Positions 27,581 to 36,938 are shown, counted from the stretch's first letter. The stretch: 64,000 bases of DNA from an uncultured Clostridia bacterium (GCA_934754375.1 CAKVHT010000001.1:24532-88531), one strand, 5' to 3'. The notes: generated by a model from the sequence alone, not told the origin. Numbers and translations: made by a program.

Positions 27581-28657
27581 TTATGGTTTCTCAGACATTG
27601 GGCGCATATATGAAGCATAATCTTTGTAGCGCACATGTGCTTTATATGCTTCAATTGATTCATCTGGTACATATATTTTTGTGTTGGCACGCATATTGGC
27701 AGGGCCAAAAGGTTGATAATCGGCCGTTGGTGGAGTTGAACTTTCCAACACTATTGTGTTCAAAAAGTTGTCTTCTGCTTTTTGGCTGATAGGACAACCA
27801 AAAGCATAAGTGCCAATGTGCTGTATTGTTGCTGGCAAAAGGATAGACTTTACGCAACCATAATAAATAAAGCCGTAAGGGATTTTTGTTAGGCAACTTG
27901 GAAAGGTTAAATCACATTCAGTTGCAATCATACATTGAAACATGCATCTTGGGTATTCAGTGAGTGTGCATTCGGACAAATCTATGTTTTTGATATAATA
28001 TCGTTCGGTTGAATTGTTGTAACCAAATGCATAATCTTTCATGACCGTGACAGATGATGGAATTTTAATTATGTCTGTGTAAATTGCGCCACCAAACCCG
28101 CCAGTGCCAATTTCTTGAATACAGGAAGGAATGTTGGACATGTCTAGATTAGCGGTTGACAAAAATGCCCAATCTCCAATTTTTGTGCAGTTTTGCATTT
28201 CTTCAAAATTCAAAATATCAATATTTGAGCAGTGGTCAAAAGCATGCGCACCGATTTCTTGCAACTCGTTGTTTAAGGTCAAATTGATATGGCTTGGATT
28301 GTATGCCATGTAATAAGGCCGTAATTTCAACGTGCCTGTAGGCACAGAATAATCAAGCACGTCTGCTTTGGATGGGGTGTAATAATTGTTGTGTAAAATT
28401 TCATAAGTCTCTGCGTCCATGATTTCAAGCGCACCAGTTTTTAAACTGTTGTCTCCAGCATAAAAAGTTTTGCCTTTTAATACATCACTGGTTGTGGCTG
28501 TTGCTTCAGTCATGTCCAAAATTGGAATACTATTTATGCCTGCAGTTATCTCTGCTGGGCTTGGATTTGTGTGGGCAATGGTAACTGTTCCGCCTTTGTT
28601 TGTTATGGCGGTTTTTTGTGTTAAAAGTTCTTGTTTTAATTGGTTAAGGCTATTCAT
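27581..28657 (-). CDS. leucine-rich-repeat (BspA-type) protein with a non-LRR N-terminal module
   Basis: 358 aa. Repeats of the form I(P/G)..V..I..YAF / IG.(G/Y)AF (IQEIGAHAFDHCSNI, IGDWAFLSTANL, IQEIGTGGFGG, VTVMKDYAFGYN, IQHIGTYAFG). AAGGAGA SD. No obvious signal peptide. Confidence 0.7.
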   Translation of the reverse strand: MNSLNQLKQELLTQKTAITNKGGTVTIAHTNPSPAEITAGINSIPILDMTEATATTSDVLKGKTFYAGDNSLKTGALEIMDAETYEILHNNYYTPSKADVLDYSVPTGTLKLRPYYMAYNPSHINLTLNNELQEIGAHAFDHCSNIDILNFEEMQNCTKIGDWAFLSTANLDMSNIPSCIQEIGTGGFGGAIYTDIIKIPSSVTVMKDYAFGYNNSTERYYIKNIDLSECTLTEYPRCMFQCMIATECDLTFPSCLTKIPYGFIYYGCVKSILLPATIQHIGTYAFGCPISQKAEDNFLNTIVLESSTPPTADYQPFGPANMRANTKIYVPDESIEAYKAHVRYKDYASYMRPMSEKP

Positions 28658-28668
28658 ATTTTCTCCTT

Positions 28669-28836
28669 TTATTCGTATTCGCCTGAAATTATGCTTGAGA
28701 TGTCTGCATCAAGCAAATACCCACCTTTCAAAATAAAATCTAACTCATTCTGCACTTGCAAGATTTCAAAATATTTTTCTATTTTTCGTTCTAACTCTGC
28801 AATTCGGTTTAAAGCCAGTTCAAGATTTTCGTCCAT
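28669..28836 (-). CDS. 55-aa predicted coiled-coil protein, translationally coupled to the LRR gene
   Basis: Below the ORF-track size cutoff; hand-translated MDENLELALNRIAELERKIEKYFEILQVQNELDFILKGGYLLDADISSIISGEYE. AGGAGA SD. Its TAA stop lies 11 nt before the LRR gene ATG, and the intervening AAGGAGA serves as that gene's SD. Confidence 0.5.
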   Translation of the reverse strand: MDENLELALNRIAELERKIEKYFEILQVQNELDFILKGGYLLDADISSIISGEYE

Positions 28837-28979
28837 AATTTCTCCTTATATTTTTAAAAAAATTAACATTTTAAAATTAAAATTAATCACAAACATGTCA
28901 AAATGTTGTGTGTTTAACTGCTTTTTAAGGCTAATTGTATGTCAAAAATGGCTTAAAACTGAAAAACTGGCAAAAATAT

Positions 28980-29008
28980 TTGCAAAAATAATAAAGTTTA
29001 ATTATAAT
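28980..29008 (+). promoter_or_regulatory. promoter TTGCAA-17-TATAAT
   Basis: TTGCAA 28980-28985, 17 nt, TATAAT 29003-29008. AGGAGA SD precedes ATG 29027. Confidence 0.55.
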
Positions 29009-29026
29009 TAAATTAGGAGAATTAGT

Positions 29027-29587
29027 ATGTCTAAAAATTTAAAACTTTCTTATGTTTTGACCTTTGTGCTTTGTGCAATAAGTTTGGCATGGACAACTTT
29101 AATGAGCTTTTTTAATGGCGTTGGTGTGAATTTTGTTGCAATGTTTGCAATTGTGGCTGCACTTTTAGTTATCATTTTAGTTGATGAAAAAACTCGTAAA
29201 AGAATTATGGATTTGTTCATAGTTTCAGTTGTGTTTTTGGCTTTGGAAAGTGTAATGTATTTTGCACTTGAACTTGGCACTCCAACATTGGAACTTGTAC
29301 AAGGTATGCACATCTATCAAAATATTATTTCTGTTTTGGCTTTCTTGTTTTTGGGCTATGCAATATTTAGATTGGTTTGCGAAATCAAAGATAAAAAGAT
29401 TGCATTTATAGAAGTTATGTTGGGCAACCAAAAAATGCAAAAAAAGGAACGTCAATCAAAAGAACTTGATAACGGTAGCCTTGATGACAAACCTAAAAAA
29501 GCAGAACTTGAAACACTTGACGATGACGAAGAAGAACAAGTTATCGAAATCAAAACTGAAGATAACTCTGAATCAAGTGAAGAATAA
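29027..29587 (+). CDS. hypothetical 4-TM membrane protein with an acidic C-terminal tail
   Basis: 186 aa. Four hydrophobic helices followed by KKAELETLDDDEEEQVIEIKTEDNSESSEE. Confidence 0.6.
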   Translation: MSKNLKLSYVLTFVLCAISLAWTTLMSFFNGVGVNFVAMFAIVAALLVIILVDEKTRKRIMDLFIVSVVFLALESVMYFALELGTPTLELVQGMHIYQNIISVLAFLFLGYAIFRLVCEIKDKKIAFIEVMLGNQKMQKKERQSKELDNGSLDDKPKKAELETLDDDEEEQVIEIKTEDNSESSEE

Positions 29588-29620
29588 AAAGAATAAAATT
29601 TAGTTTTTTATAGGGGAATT

Positions 29621-31201
29621 ATGGGGAAAGTCTCTAATCAAAAACACACATGTTTACGCACAACACTAAACATAAGTTTAGTCCTTGTTTGTGTGGTTAG
29701 TTGTTGTTTGTCTTTGTTGGGGGCTTTTTTGTATATCTCAAAAGATAGTGTTACCATTTCATCAAATGGAACAAATATCACTTTTAAACTAATCCAAAAT
29801 GTATCGCTGGAAGACAATTCTATTGAAAAATTATCGCAAAAACTTGAAATAACTTCATCAAATGGGCAAACTGGGGAATTAGGATCAACAGTCAAAGTGG
29901 CGGCTAATAGTATTTTGTTTGACTATTCAATTGATGAAAAAAAGTATTATTTTGAAGCAATTAACAAGACTTTAAAACAAACAGATAGCGAAAATTATGC
30001 AACTATTGCTGGTGATTTGACAATCTATGGGGCAAACACTTTGGCAACATTTAGGGATAATGTAAATTCAGGTGTGAAATACGACAAAGTGTATTTATCA
30101 AATGATGTTGACTTAAACAACGCAAATTTTGGTTGTATAGGTTATGAAAGGAACAATACATTTTCAGGCACATTTTATGGACAAGGACACACTATAAAAA
30201 ACTTCTCTATTGTTAAAAACAACGGCAATTTCCATTCTGGTACAGGATTTTTTGGATATATTGAAAACAGTGCAAGAATTAATGGTTTGAATTTAGAAAA
30301 TGTGACAATGAAACTTGATAACTCATGGAACAACAGTCGTGGATGTGGTATTGGTATTTTAGTAGGGCATCATGGATATTTTGATGAAGACACATATTAT
30401 CATAACCCAGTTAGCAGTTCATTGTCCATAACAAATTGTTCGGTTAAAAATGCTAATATAAACATACCAAACGGTTTGAGTGCAGGGTATAAAAGTGGTT
30501 GGAGTACTACATATTGGTCTGGCAGTCTGGGAATAGGCGGCTTGATTGGTTCATCAAAAGCTTCAGTATATATCAATAGTTGCTATGTAGATTGCGATAT
30601 TTCAATTGGTGGTATTTTGGGCACATCTTACTATACTGATGCTTTGCATGGTGTTGGTGGCATTATGGGTGCACGTATAGGAGGGCTTTATTCAAGTCCA
30701 GCCAGAGGCTCAATTACAATTAATGATTCTTTATACACTGGTGCTATAAGTTTGGCCGGAGGATACACCCCTGGAGCAGGCGGAATTTTGGGTATCGCTA
30801 ACTGTTTGGCAAGTAGCAATTACGGGGCATATACAGTATCGTTGTATAACAATTTCGTTGATATGACAACTTCTGGAAATTTTGGGGCAAAGCACCCAAT
30901 TTGTTCAGGTAATAGAGTTACGGTTAGTGGCGGTGTTTCAGCACTTGACTTTAACTATGGCACAGATTATTCAAATAAAGGTGTAAGCCCTGAGTGCAAA
31001 CCTTATGCTTACGTTGAAATGATAAATAATTATTTTGGTTTTATAACTCATTCAAAACCTAGCAATGTAAAATCAATGTTTCCAATGTATTATGATTCTT
31101 CAATTAGCGAGGCAGATAGAAATTACTCAAATTCAAAATATTATGTTAAACATCAGTATGATAATAGAGTTGCCCAAATCCCAACTTTATATGAAGAATA
31201 A
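29621..31201 (+). CDS. membrane-anchored GLUG-motif repeat protein (paralog 1)
   Basis: 526 aa with an N-terminal TM helix. FSGTFYGQGHTIKNFSI...GTGFFGYIENSARINGLNLENV, then repeated G(G/I)GG(L/I)(I/M/L)G units (GIGGLIGSS, GVGGIMGAR, GAGGILGIA), as in GLUG/parallel beta-helix adhesin domains. Confidence 0.65.
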   Translation: MGKVSNQKHTCLRTTLNISLVLVCVVSCCLSLLGAFLYISKDSVTISSNGTNITFKLIQNVSLEDNSIEKLSQKLEITSSNGQTGELGSTVKVAANSILFDYSIDEKKYYFEAINKTLKQTDSENYATIAGDLTIYGANTLATFRDNVNSGVKYDKVYLSNDVDLNNANFGCIGYERNNTFSGTFYGQGHTIKNFSIVKNNGNFHSGTGFFGYIENSARINGLNLENVTMKLDNSWNNSRGCGIGILVGHHGYFDEDTYYHNPVSSSLSITNCSVKNANINIPNGLSAGYKSGWSTTYWSGSLGIGGLIGSSKASVYINSCYVDCDISIGGILGTSYYTDALHGVGGIMGARIGGLYSSPARGSITINDSLYTGAISLAGGYTPGAGGILGIANCLASSNYGAYTVSLYNNFVDMTTSGNFGAKHPICSGNRVTVSGGVSALDFNYGTDYSNKGVSPECKPYAYVEMINNYFGFITHSKPSNVKSMFPMYYDSSISEADRNYSNSKYYVKHQYDNRVAQIPTLYEE

Positions 31202-31205
31202 AATA

Positions 31206-31252
31206 AAACTCAAGTGATGAAATTCAAAAATTTCCGTTGCTTGAGTTTTTGT
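31206..31252 (+). terminator. rho-independent terminator after GLUG paralog 1
   Basis: Stem aaactcaag/cttgagttt with an inner stem gaaatt/aatttc, followed by a T-run. Confidence 0.6.
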
Positions 31253-31261
31253 TTGTGATTA

Positions 31262-31308
31262 ACAACAAACCAATTTATGATCGGAAGAGAAATAAATTGG
31301 TTTATTGT
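31262..31308. repeat. inverted repeat (12 bp perfect, 16 of 17 overall) with a 13-nt loop containing GATCGGAAGAG
   Basis: acaacaaaccaatttat (31262-31278) pairs with ataaattggtttattgt (31292-31308). Loop is gatcggaagagaa (31279-31291). Confidence 0.8.
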
Positions 31309-31441
31309 AAACGGCTTGGTAATTTGCAAAAAAATCAATAATTAACAAAAGATACCGTTCAATAGACATTCGCATTTTCAAATCATGGCAGTGACACGTA
31401 AATCTAAATTATAAATTTAGTGAAATTTTTTTGTTTTTGTG

Positions 31442-31470
31442 TTGACAAGAATTTTTGTTTGTGTTACTAT
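31442..31470 (+). promoter_or_regulatory. promoter TTGACA-17-TACTAT for rpmG-secE-nusG-rplK-rplA
   Basis: TTGACA 31442-31447, 17 nt, TACTAT 31465-31470. Confidence 0.55.
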
Positions 31471-31583
31471 ATAGTTACACCAAGGCAGGTGTTTTTTTAA
31501 CGGGAATGGCAAAGTTGAAAAGGCATCCATTAAAAATTAATGCAATTTATAAAAAGTTGTGTGATAAATAAAAGGAGATAACC

Positions 31584-31754
31584 ATGGCAAAAAAAGCAAA
31601 AAGCAAAAGGGAAAAAATCATTTTAGAGTGCACAGAATGCAAAAACCGTAACTACAACACTACTAAAAACAAAGCTAATGACCCTGACAGATTGGAACTT
31701 AAAAAATTCTGTCCAACTTGCAGAAAAGAAACTGCTCATAAAGAAACAAAATAG
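31584..31754 (+). CDS. rpmG: 50S ribosomal protein L33 (zinc-ribbon form)
   Basis: Below the ORF-track cutoff; hand-translated [64 protein letters not shown]. Canonical position before secE. Confidence 0.9.
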   Translation: MAKKAKSKREKIILECTECKNRNYNTTKNKANDPDRLELKKFCPTCRKETAHKETK

Positions 31755-31762
31755 GAGATGTT

Positions 31763-32059
31763 ATGGCTGAAAATATTAACAATCAAGTTGAAACAAAAGA
31801 AATAGAAAACAAATCCAATGGTAAGGTTGTTGAAGTAAAAGCTAAAAAGACAAAGCAAAAAAAGGAAAAGAACAAAAAACCTAGCAAAATCGCTAAATCT
31901 TTAAAAGATACAGGTGCTGAACTTAAAAAAGTTACCTGGCCAAAATTTAAAGACGTTGTTAAACAAACCGGTGTTGTGTTGGCTGTTGTTATTGTTTTTG
32001 CCCTTGTCTTGTTCGGGCTTGATAGGCTTTGCTCTTGGCTTGTTGGTCTTTTGTTTTAG
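31763..32059 (+). CDS. secE: preprotein translocase subunit SecE (with a Lys-rich N-terminal extension)
   Basis: C-terminal ELKKVTWPKFKDVVKQTGVVLAVVIVFALVLFGLD is the SecE TM signature. Sits between rpmG and nusG. Confidence 0.85.
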   Translation: MAENINNQVETKEIENKSNGKVVEVKAKKTKQKKEKNKKPSKIAKSLKDTGAELKKVTWPKFKDVVKQTGVVLAVVIVFALVLFGLDRLCSWLVGLLF

Positions 32060-32073
32060 TAAAGGAGTAAAGT

Positions 32074-32634
32074 ATGGCTATTGTAGATAATAACATTGAT
32101 AAAGAACCTAAGTGGTATGTGCTTCACGTGTTTTCAGGATATGAAAATATTGCAAAGCAAAATTTGGAAATAACCATTGATAAGTATGATTTGCACAATC
32201 GTATTTTCCAAATCGTTATCCCTATGGAAGACGAATTGGTTGAAAAACGTGGCAAAAAAGTGCTTGTTCCTAAAAAGACCATGCCAGGCTACATCTTGGT
32301 TAAAATGATTTATGGCGATGATATTTGGCATGCTGTTACTCGTACACAATATATCACAGGTTTTGTTGGGCCAAAAGGCAGACCAATTTGTATAACCGAT
32401 GACGAAGCAAGACGTATGGGTGTTGACGGCACAAGTATGCACGAAGCAAAAATGGATTTGGACGTTAAAGTTGGCGATATGGTTGAAATCATTGAAGGCT
32501 CACTTGCAAGTTTTGTTGGTGTGGTTAAATCTGTTGATAAAGAAAACCAAAAAGTTACAGCCAGTGTTGAAATGTTTGGTCGTCAAAGCGATGTTGAATT
32601 ATCATTTGCTCAAATCAGAGTAAGCAACAATTAA
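32074..32634 (+). CDS. nusG: transcription termination/antitermination factor NusG
   Basis: 186 aa. KWYVLHVFSGYE NGN start and a KOW motif (VGDMVEIIEGSLASFVGVV). Confidence 0.95.
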   Translation: MAIVDNNIDKEPKWYVLHVFSGYENIAKQNLEITIDKYDLHNRIFQIVIPMEDELVEKRGKKVLVPKKTMPGYILVKMIYGDDIWHAVTRTQYITGFVGPKGRPICITDDEARRMGVDGTSMHEAKMDLDVKVGDMVEIIEGSLASFVGVVKSVDKENQKVTASVEMFGRQSDVELSFAQIRVSNN

Positions 32635-32735
32635 TTTATAGGAAACTAATCAGCCTTTAAAGAGAGAGGCTTTCGTGGGAGAGTACAGTCGAACTCATTA
32701 ACCACGCCACATATTAAAAAAGGAGAATAATAGAG

Positions 32736-33176
32736 ATGGCAAAAAAAGTTAAAGCAGTTGTTAATATTCAACTTCCTGCAACAAAAGCTACTCCAGCACC
32801 ACCTGTTGGTTCAGTGCTTGGTCCACACGGTATTAACATTGCAGGTTTTGTTAAAGAATTTAACGACAAAACACAAAGCATGGTTGGCTTTACAGTTCCA
32901 TGTGTTATCACTATCTACGAAGATAGAAGTTTCACATTCGTTCTCAAACAACCACCAGCAGCCGATTTAATCATGAAGGAAGCTGGAATTGAAAAGGGTA
33001 GCGATAAAGCCCCTAAAAACAAAGTTGGTAAAATCACAGTCGAACAACTTAAGAAAATTGCAGAAACAAAAATGAGCGACCTTAATGCTTCTAGCATTGA
33101 ATCAGCAATGAGCATGATTGCAGGTTCATGCCGCAGCATGGGCGTAACAGTGGAGGGCTTGAATGGCAACAAGTAA
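32736..33176 (+). CDS. rplK: 50S ribosomal protein L11
   Basis: [43 protein letters not shown]..., as in canonical L11. Confidence 0.97.
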   Translation: MAKKVKAVVNIQLPATKATPAPPVGSVLGPHGINIAGFVKEFNDKTQSMVGFTVPCVITIYEDRSFTFVLKQPPAADLIMKEAGIEKGSDKAPKNKVGKITVEQLKKIAETKMSDLNASSIESAMSMIAGSCRSMGVTVEGLNGNK

Positions 33177-33849
33177 GAATTATAAAGAATCTCTTAAACT
33201 TATTGACAAGTCAAAAGCTTATGCTCCAAAAGAAGCAATGGAAACCGTTGTTGCAACAAGCAAAGCAAAATTTGACGAAACAGTTGAACTTCACGTAAAA
33301 CTTGGCGTTGATGGCCGTAATGCTGATCAACAAGTTCGTGGCGTTTGCGTATTGCCAGAAGGTACTGGTAAAACTGTACGTGTTTTGGTTATCACACGTG
33401 GCGATAAAGCTGAAGAAGCTCGCAAGGCTGGTGCAGATATCGTTGGCGATGATGACGTTATCGCAAAAATCATGGGTGGTTGGTTAGACTTTGATGTCTG
33501 CATCACAACACCTGATATGATGGGTGCAATTGGTCGTTGTGCTCGTATCCTTGGACCTAAAGGCTTGATGCCAAATCCAAAGAGCGGTACAGTTACTATG
33601 GACGTTACAAAAGCTATCAACGATGTTAAAGCTGGTAAAGTTGAATATCGTCTTGATAAACAAAACATCATTCACGTTCGTATTGGTAAAGTTAGCTTCG
33701 GTGCTGAAAAATTACTTAACAACTTAACAACTGTTATGGATGCTATTGTAAAAGCAAAACCAGCAGCTGCAAAAGGTGTTTATTTGAAATCAGTTTACGT
33801 TGCTACAACAATGGGACCAAGTGTTAAACTTGCTTACGATGCTAAATAA
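33163..33849 (+). CDS. rplA: 50S ribosomal protein L1
   Basis: 228 aa, canonical L1 ([35 protein letters not shown]). GGAGGG SD. Its ATG lies inside the last 14 nt of rplK. Confidence 0.95.
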   Translation: MATSKNYKESLKLIDKSKAYAPKEAMETVVATSKAKFDETVELHVKLGVDGRNADQQVRGVCVLPEGTGKTVRVLVITRGDKAEEARKAGADIVGDDDVIAKIMGGWLDFDVCITTPDMMGAIGRCARILGPKGLMPNPKSGTVTMDVTKAINDVKAGKVEYRLDKQNIIHVRIGKVSFGAEKLLNNLTTVMDAIVKAKPAAAKGVYLKSVYVATTMGPSVKLAYDAK

Positions 33850-33888
33850 TAAGCAAACACTCTTAAGTTTGAATAAATTTAAATAAAT

Positions 33889-33917
33889 AAAAATCAGTCG
33901 TAACGACTGATTTTTTT
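33889..33917 (+). terminator. rho-independent terminator after rplA
   Basis: aaaa-atcagtcg-taa-cgactgat-tttttt. Confidence 0.75.
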
Positions 33918-34135
33918 GTATGTATTAAATGGTTTTTTAATCATTCATCAATGTTTGTACATGAATTTTTTACAACTTTTATTTTGCCTGTTGAATGTAC
34001 GTTATGTACATAATATATTGTGCTAACGTCAGCATAAATACACATTATGTATGATTTTTTGTTTACGTTAATTTTCAAGCGAATTTATTTAATTTCACTA
34101 TCAAATGGTTAAATAATTCGCAGACATTATTTGTT

Positions 34136-34675
34136 TTATTTAGGTTGTTCTTCAACCATCTGTTTTTTAAATTTAACATTTTGGATTATGCCAATAAATG
34201 AGATAATTATTAATATGCCTTGCAATATTGCGCCTATCAATGATTTGTTTGGTATTACAAGCATATAAATCAAATTTAAAATGTTTCTAAAAAATGCACC
34301 AGATTTAACAATGACAACGTTTTTGAAACATGAGCAAATCAAAGATGTGGCCATTGCAACCATTGGCAGGATTGACACCCAACTTTGCCAACTCAAAGCG
34401 CAACATATTATTACAAGAGCAACAGAAAGCAGGGTTACTAGCAGTTTAAAATTTTCTTTGTGGTAATGTTCAAGCAAAAATATAGCAATCAAGTATATTG
34501 AATCAACAATAAAAACCCATGCGCCAGAATTTGCTTGTAGCAAAAAATAATGCAAAGCAAATGTGATGTCGGAAACACATAAAAATATCAATAAGTGTGT
34601 TTTCTTTTTGCTTAACATAGACATAACAAACAGTATGTCGGATATTGTTACTATGATTTGAGATGCAAGTTTCAT
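34136..34675 (-). CDS. multi-TM membrane protein, YgjV-like
   Basis: Start moved to ATG 34675 (MKLASQIIV...). About 6 TM helices. The LHYFLLQANSGAW block resembles the (H)FFLLG..(A)GA block of the YgjV inner-membrane family (from memory). Confidence 0.45.
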   Translation of the reverse strand: MKLASQIIVTISDILFVMSMLSKKKTHLLIFLCVSDITFALHYFLLQANSGAWVFIVDSIYLIAIFLLEHYHKENFKLLVTLLSVALVIICCALSWQSWVSILPMVAMATSLICSCFKNVVIVKSGAFFRNILNLIYMLVIPNKSLIGAILQGILIIISFIGIIQNVKFKKQMVEEQPK

Positions 34676-34755
34676 GTTTTTCTTTCCCTGCGTTTTTCCA
34701 TAAAACAAGCCATTGCTAAAAAACAATGACTTAAAATATATTAAATTACTAAGAT

Positions 34756-35187
34756 TTATTGTTTGCCAGTTGAGCCGATTCCGCCACGGCTAACAGCATC
34801 AAGATGTTCAACGGTCACAATCTTGTGCGCTGGTTGGTGAGCAATTATCCTAAATTGGCAAATACGGTCATTTTTGTGGATCACTGTGTCACGCATTGCA
34901 AGGGCTGGGAACATCCATTGGTCATTGTCACCAGAATAACTTTCATCAATAATGCCCAAACTATTTGCTTGAAGGATACCGAAATTTTTAAAAGTACTGC
35001 TACGTGGGGCAACAAGCGCTTCATAACCAGCGGGCAGTTTTATACCAATACCTAATTTTATTAATTTAAATTCTCCAGCTTTAAGTTCAACTTCTTCAGC
35101 AGAACGCAAATCATACCAATCGCTTTTGTTTTCAATAAATTTGATAGGTTCAACATCACTAAAATATTTTACTTTAATTTCTAACAT
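34756..35187 (-). CDS. dut: dUTP diphosphatase (trimeric dUTPase)
   Basis: 143 aa. AGYEALVAPRSS, GIIDESYSGD, and the C-terminal RGGIGSTG motif. Confidence 0.9.
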   Translation of the reverse strand: MLEIKVKYFSDVEPIKFIENKSDWYDLRSAEEVELKAGEFKLIKLGIGIKLPAGYEALVAPRSSTFKNFGILQANSLGIIDESYSGDNDQWMFPALAMRDTVIHKNDRICQFRIIAHQPAHKIVTVEHLDAVSRGGIGSTGKQ

Positions 35188-35333
35188 AATTTTTCCTTTT
35201 ACAACATCAACAATATCACAAAATCAATCAAAAGACAACGAAATTGTTATATCTAAAATTTATGTTTGTCAAAAGCCATACTTATTAATTAAAATGTTTT
35301 ACAAATCTACTCTTAAATGCTAGGATATTATAA

Positions 35334-36938
35334 ATGGAAAAAGGTGGTAGTTTAACCAAATATAAAAAATGTATTAGCATTTTGCTATTGTCTTTTTGTG
35401 CTGTGCTTATGGTTATTTGTGTATGTGAGCTTATAGTTAACTTTTATCCAAGCAATCAAGTGAAAATAACCAATGATGGAGTATGTGTTAATGTAAAATT
35501 GGTTGACAGGGTTAGCCTTAATGATAATGATATAGACAAATTGTCTACAAAAATCGCATTAAGTGGTGACACATCTCAAGGAGAGCTTGGCGAACTTGTC
35601 AGAGTTGCAAATGATAGTATAATGTTTGATTATACCTTAAATGGTCAAAAATACTATATTTCCACTATAGGAAATAATATAAAGTTGATTAATGAAGATA
35701 CATTCCGTCAAAAGACAACAATTGTAAGTATAATAAATTTAAATGGACTTAAAAGTTTTAGAGATCAAGTCAATAGCGGTGACACATTTTCAAATAGCAC
35801 TGTGAAACTTAGTTCTAATATTAAACTCGAAAGTAGCAATTGGAAACCAATTGGTAAATATGGCTGGCGAGTTTCAATTGGGTCAGAGCGCACAGAGGCA
35901 CATTTTGATGGGGTTTTTGATGGTAATAATAAAACAATTTCAGATTTAGTTTTAAAAGTTACAAGTTCAAATGATTATGCTTATCTTGACCATGGAAATA
36001 GTTTTCACGTTGGTTTTTTTGGTTTATTGAAAGGTACTGTCAAAAATTTATATTTTACAAATGTAAAATGTGATTTTTATAATCCAAATGACAACTTTAA
36101 TTCAAGGAAAGCTAATATAATAAATGGATTTAATTTTAATACTGGATGGGATGTGCCATTTTCTGTTGGATGTTTAGCTGGATCCGCTGTTAATGCAACA
36201 ATTTCAAATGTAAAAATTAATAATAGTTATATAAAATTTATTCATACAAATTCAACAAATACAACAAGTGCTGGAATAAGAGAATTTTATCATGTTGGGG
36301 GATTGACAGGAGTATCACTAAATTCAAAATTTAACAATTGTGATGTTGCAGTAAATATCAGCACTATTGTACAAGATTTACTTGGAAATCCACATGTAAA
36401 AGAAGGAACAACGTTTTGTGTTGGAGGGGTATCTGGTGGTTCAGTTACGATGGGCGATATTTATGAAACGAGCACTTATTCTTGTTCTACATACACAAAT
36501 TGCCTGTTTAATGGTAAATTACAGTGTGTAGGAAGAGCAACAAAAGTGATGATGGGTGGAATTTCTGCTGGAGAATTGTATAAAGGACAGGATGAAACTT
36601 TTAAAAGTTGTGTAGTGAGGAACACTAGTGAATCAATATATCTTTATATACAACCAAATGGTGAAATGATTGTAAGAGAGAATTACAATAATAAAATGTA
36701 TTGCTATTGTTATGTAAGTATAATATCTACAAGCCAATATAAACTCGGTTCAATTTTGGAAGAATTAAATCCATTTCCTAGTATGTCGCCACAAGGATCA
36801 AAAAATGCAAAAGTTAATGAACAGGGTGGTGTATCGACCATATCATTAAATTCACGATTGGGGCAGAACACATTATTGTTCAGTGCATTTAATGGTAAAG
36901 GTGATGCCAAAACTTATGGTACAAATGTTAACTTTTAA
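35334..36938 (+). CDS. membrane-anchored GLUG-motif repeat protein (paralog 2)
   Basis: 534 aa with an N-terminal TM helix. HFDGVFDGNNKTISDLVL...HVGFFGLLKGTVKNLYFTNV, HVGGLTGVS, CVGGVSGGS. The N-terminal ~110 aa align with paralog 1. Confidence 0.65.
   Translation: MEKGGSLTKYKKCISILLLSFCAVLMVICVCELIVNFYPSNQVKITNDGVCVNVKLVDRVSLNDNDIDKLSTKIALSGDTSQGELGELVRVANDSIMFDYTLNGQKYYISTIGNNIKLINEDTFRQKTTIVSIINLNGLKSFRDQVNSGDTFSNSTVKLSSNIKLESSNWKPIGKYGWRVSIGSERTEAHFDGVFDGNNKTISDLVLKVTSSNDYAYLDHGNSFHVGFFGLLKGTVKNLYFTNVKCDFYNPNDNFNSRKANIINGFNFNTGWDVPFSVGCLAGSAVNATISNVKINNSYIKFIHTNSTNTTSAGIREFYHVGGLTGVSLNSKFNNCDVAVNISTIVQDLLGNPHVKEGTTFCVGGVSGGSVTMGDIYETSTYSCSTYTNCLFNGKLQCVGRATKVMMGGISAGELYKGQDETFKSCVVRNTSESIYLYIQPNGEMIVRENYNNKMYCYCYVSIISTSQYKLGSILEELNPFPSMSPQGSKNAKVNEQGGVSTISLNSRLGQNTLLFSAFNGKGDAKTYGTNVNF

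Noticed and set aside
28640-29011. 123-aa plus-strand ORF spanning the region upstream of the LRR operon
   Set aside because: It overlaps, in antisense, the well-supported 55-aa gene and promoter regions. It has low-complexity composition and no SD.
31471-31583. Short hairpin ACACC-AAGGCA-GGTGT plus T-run right after the rpmG promoter as an attenuator
   Set aside because: The stem is only 5 bp and there is no alternative antiterminator structure that I can see. It is too weak to call a regulatory element.
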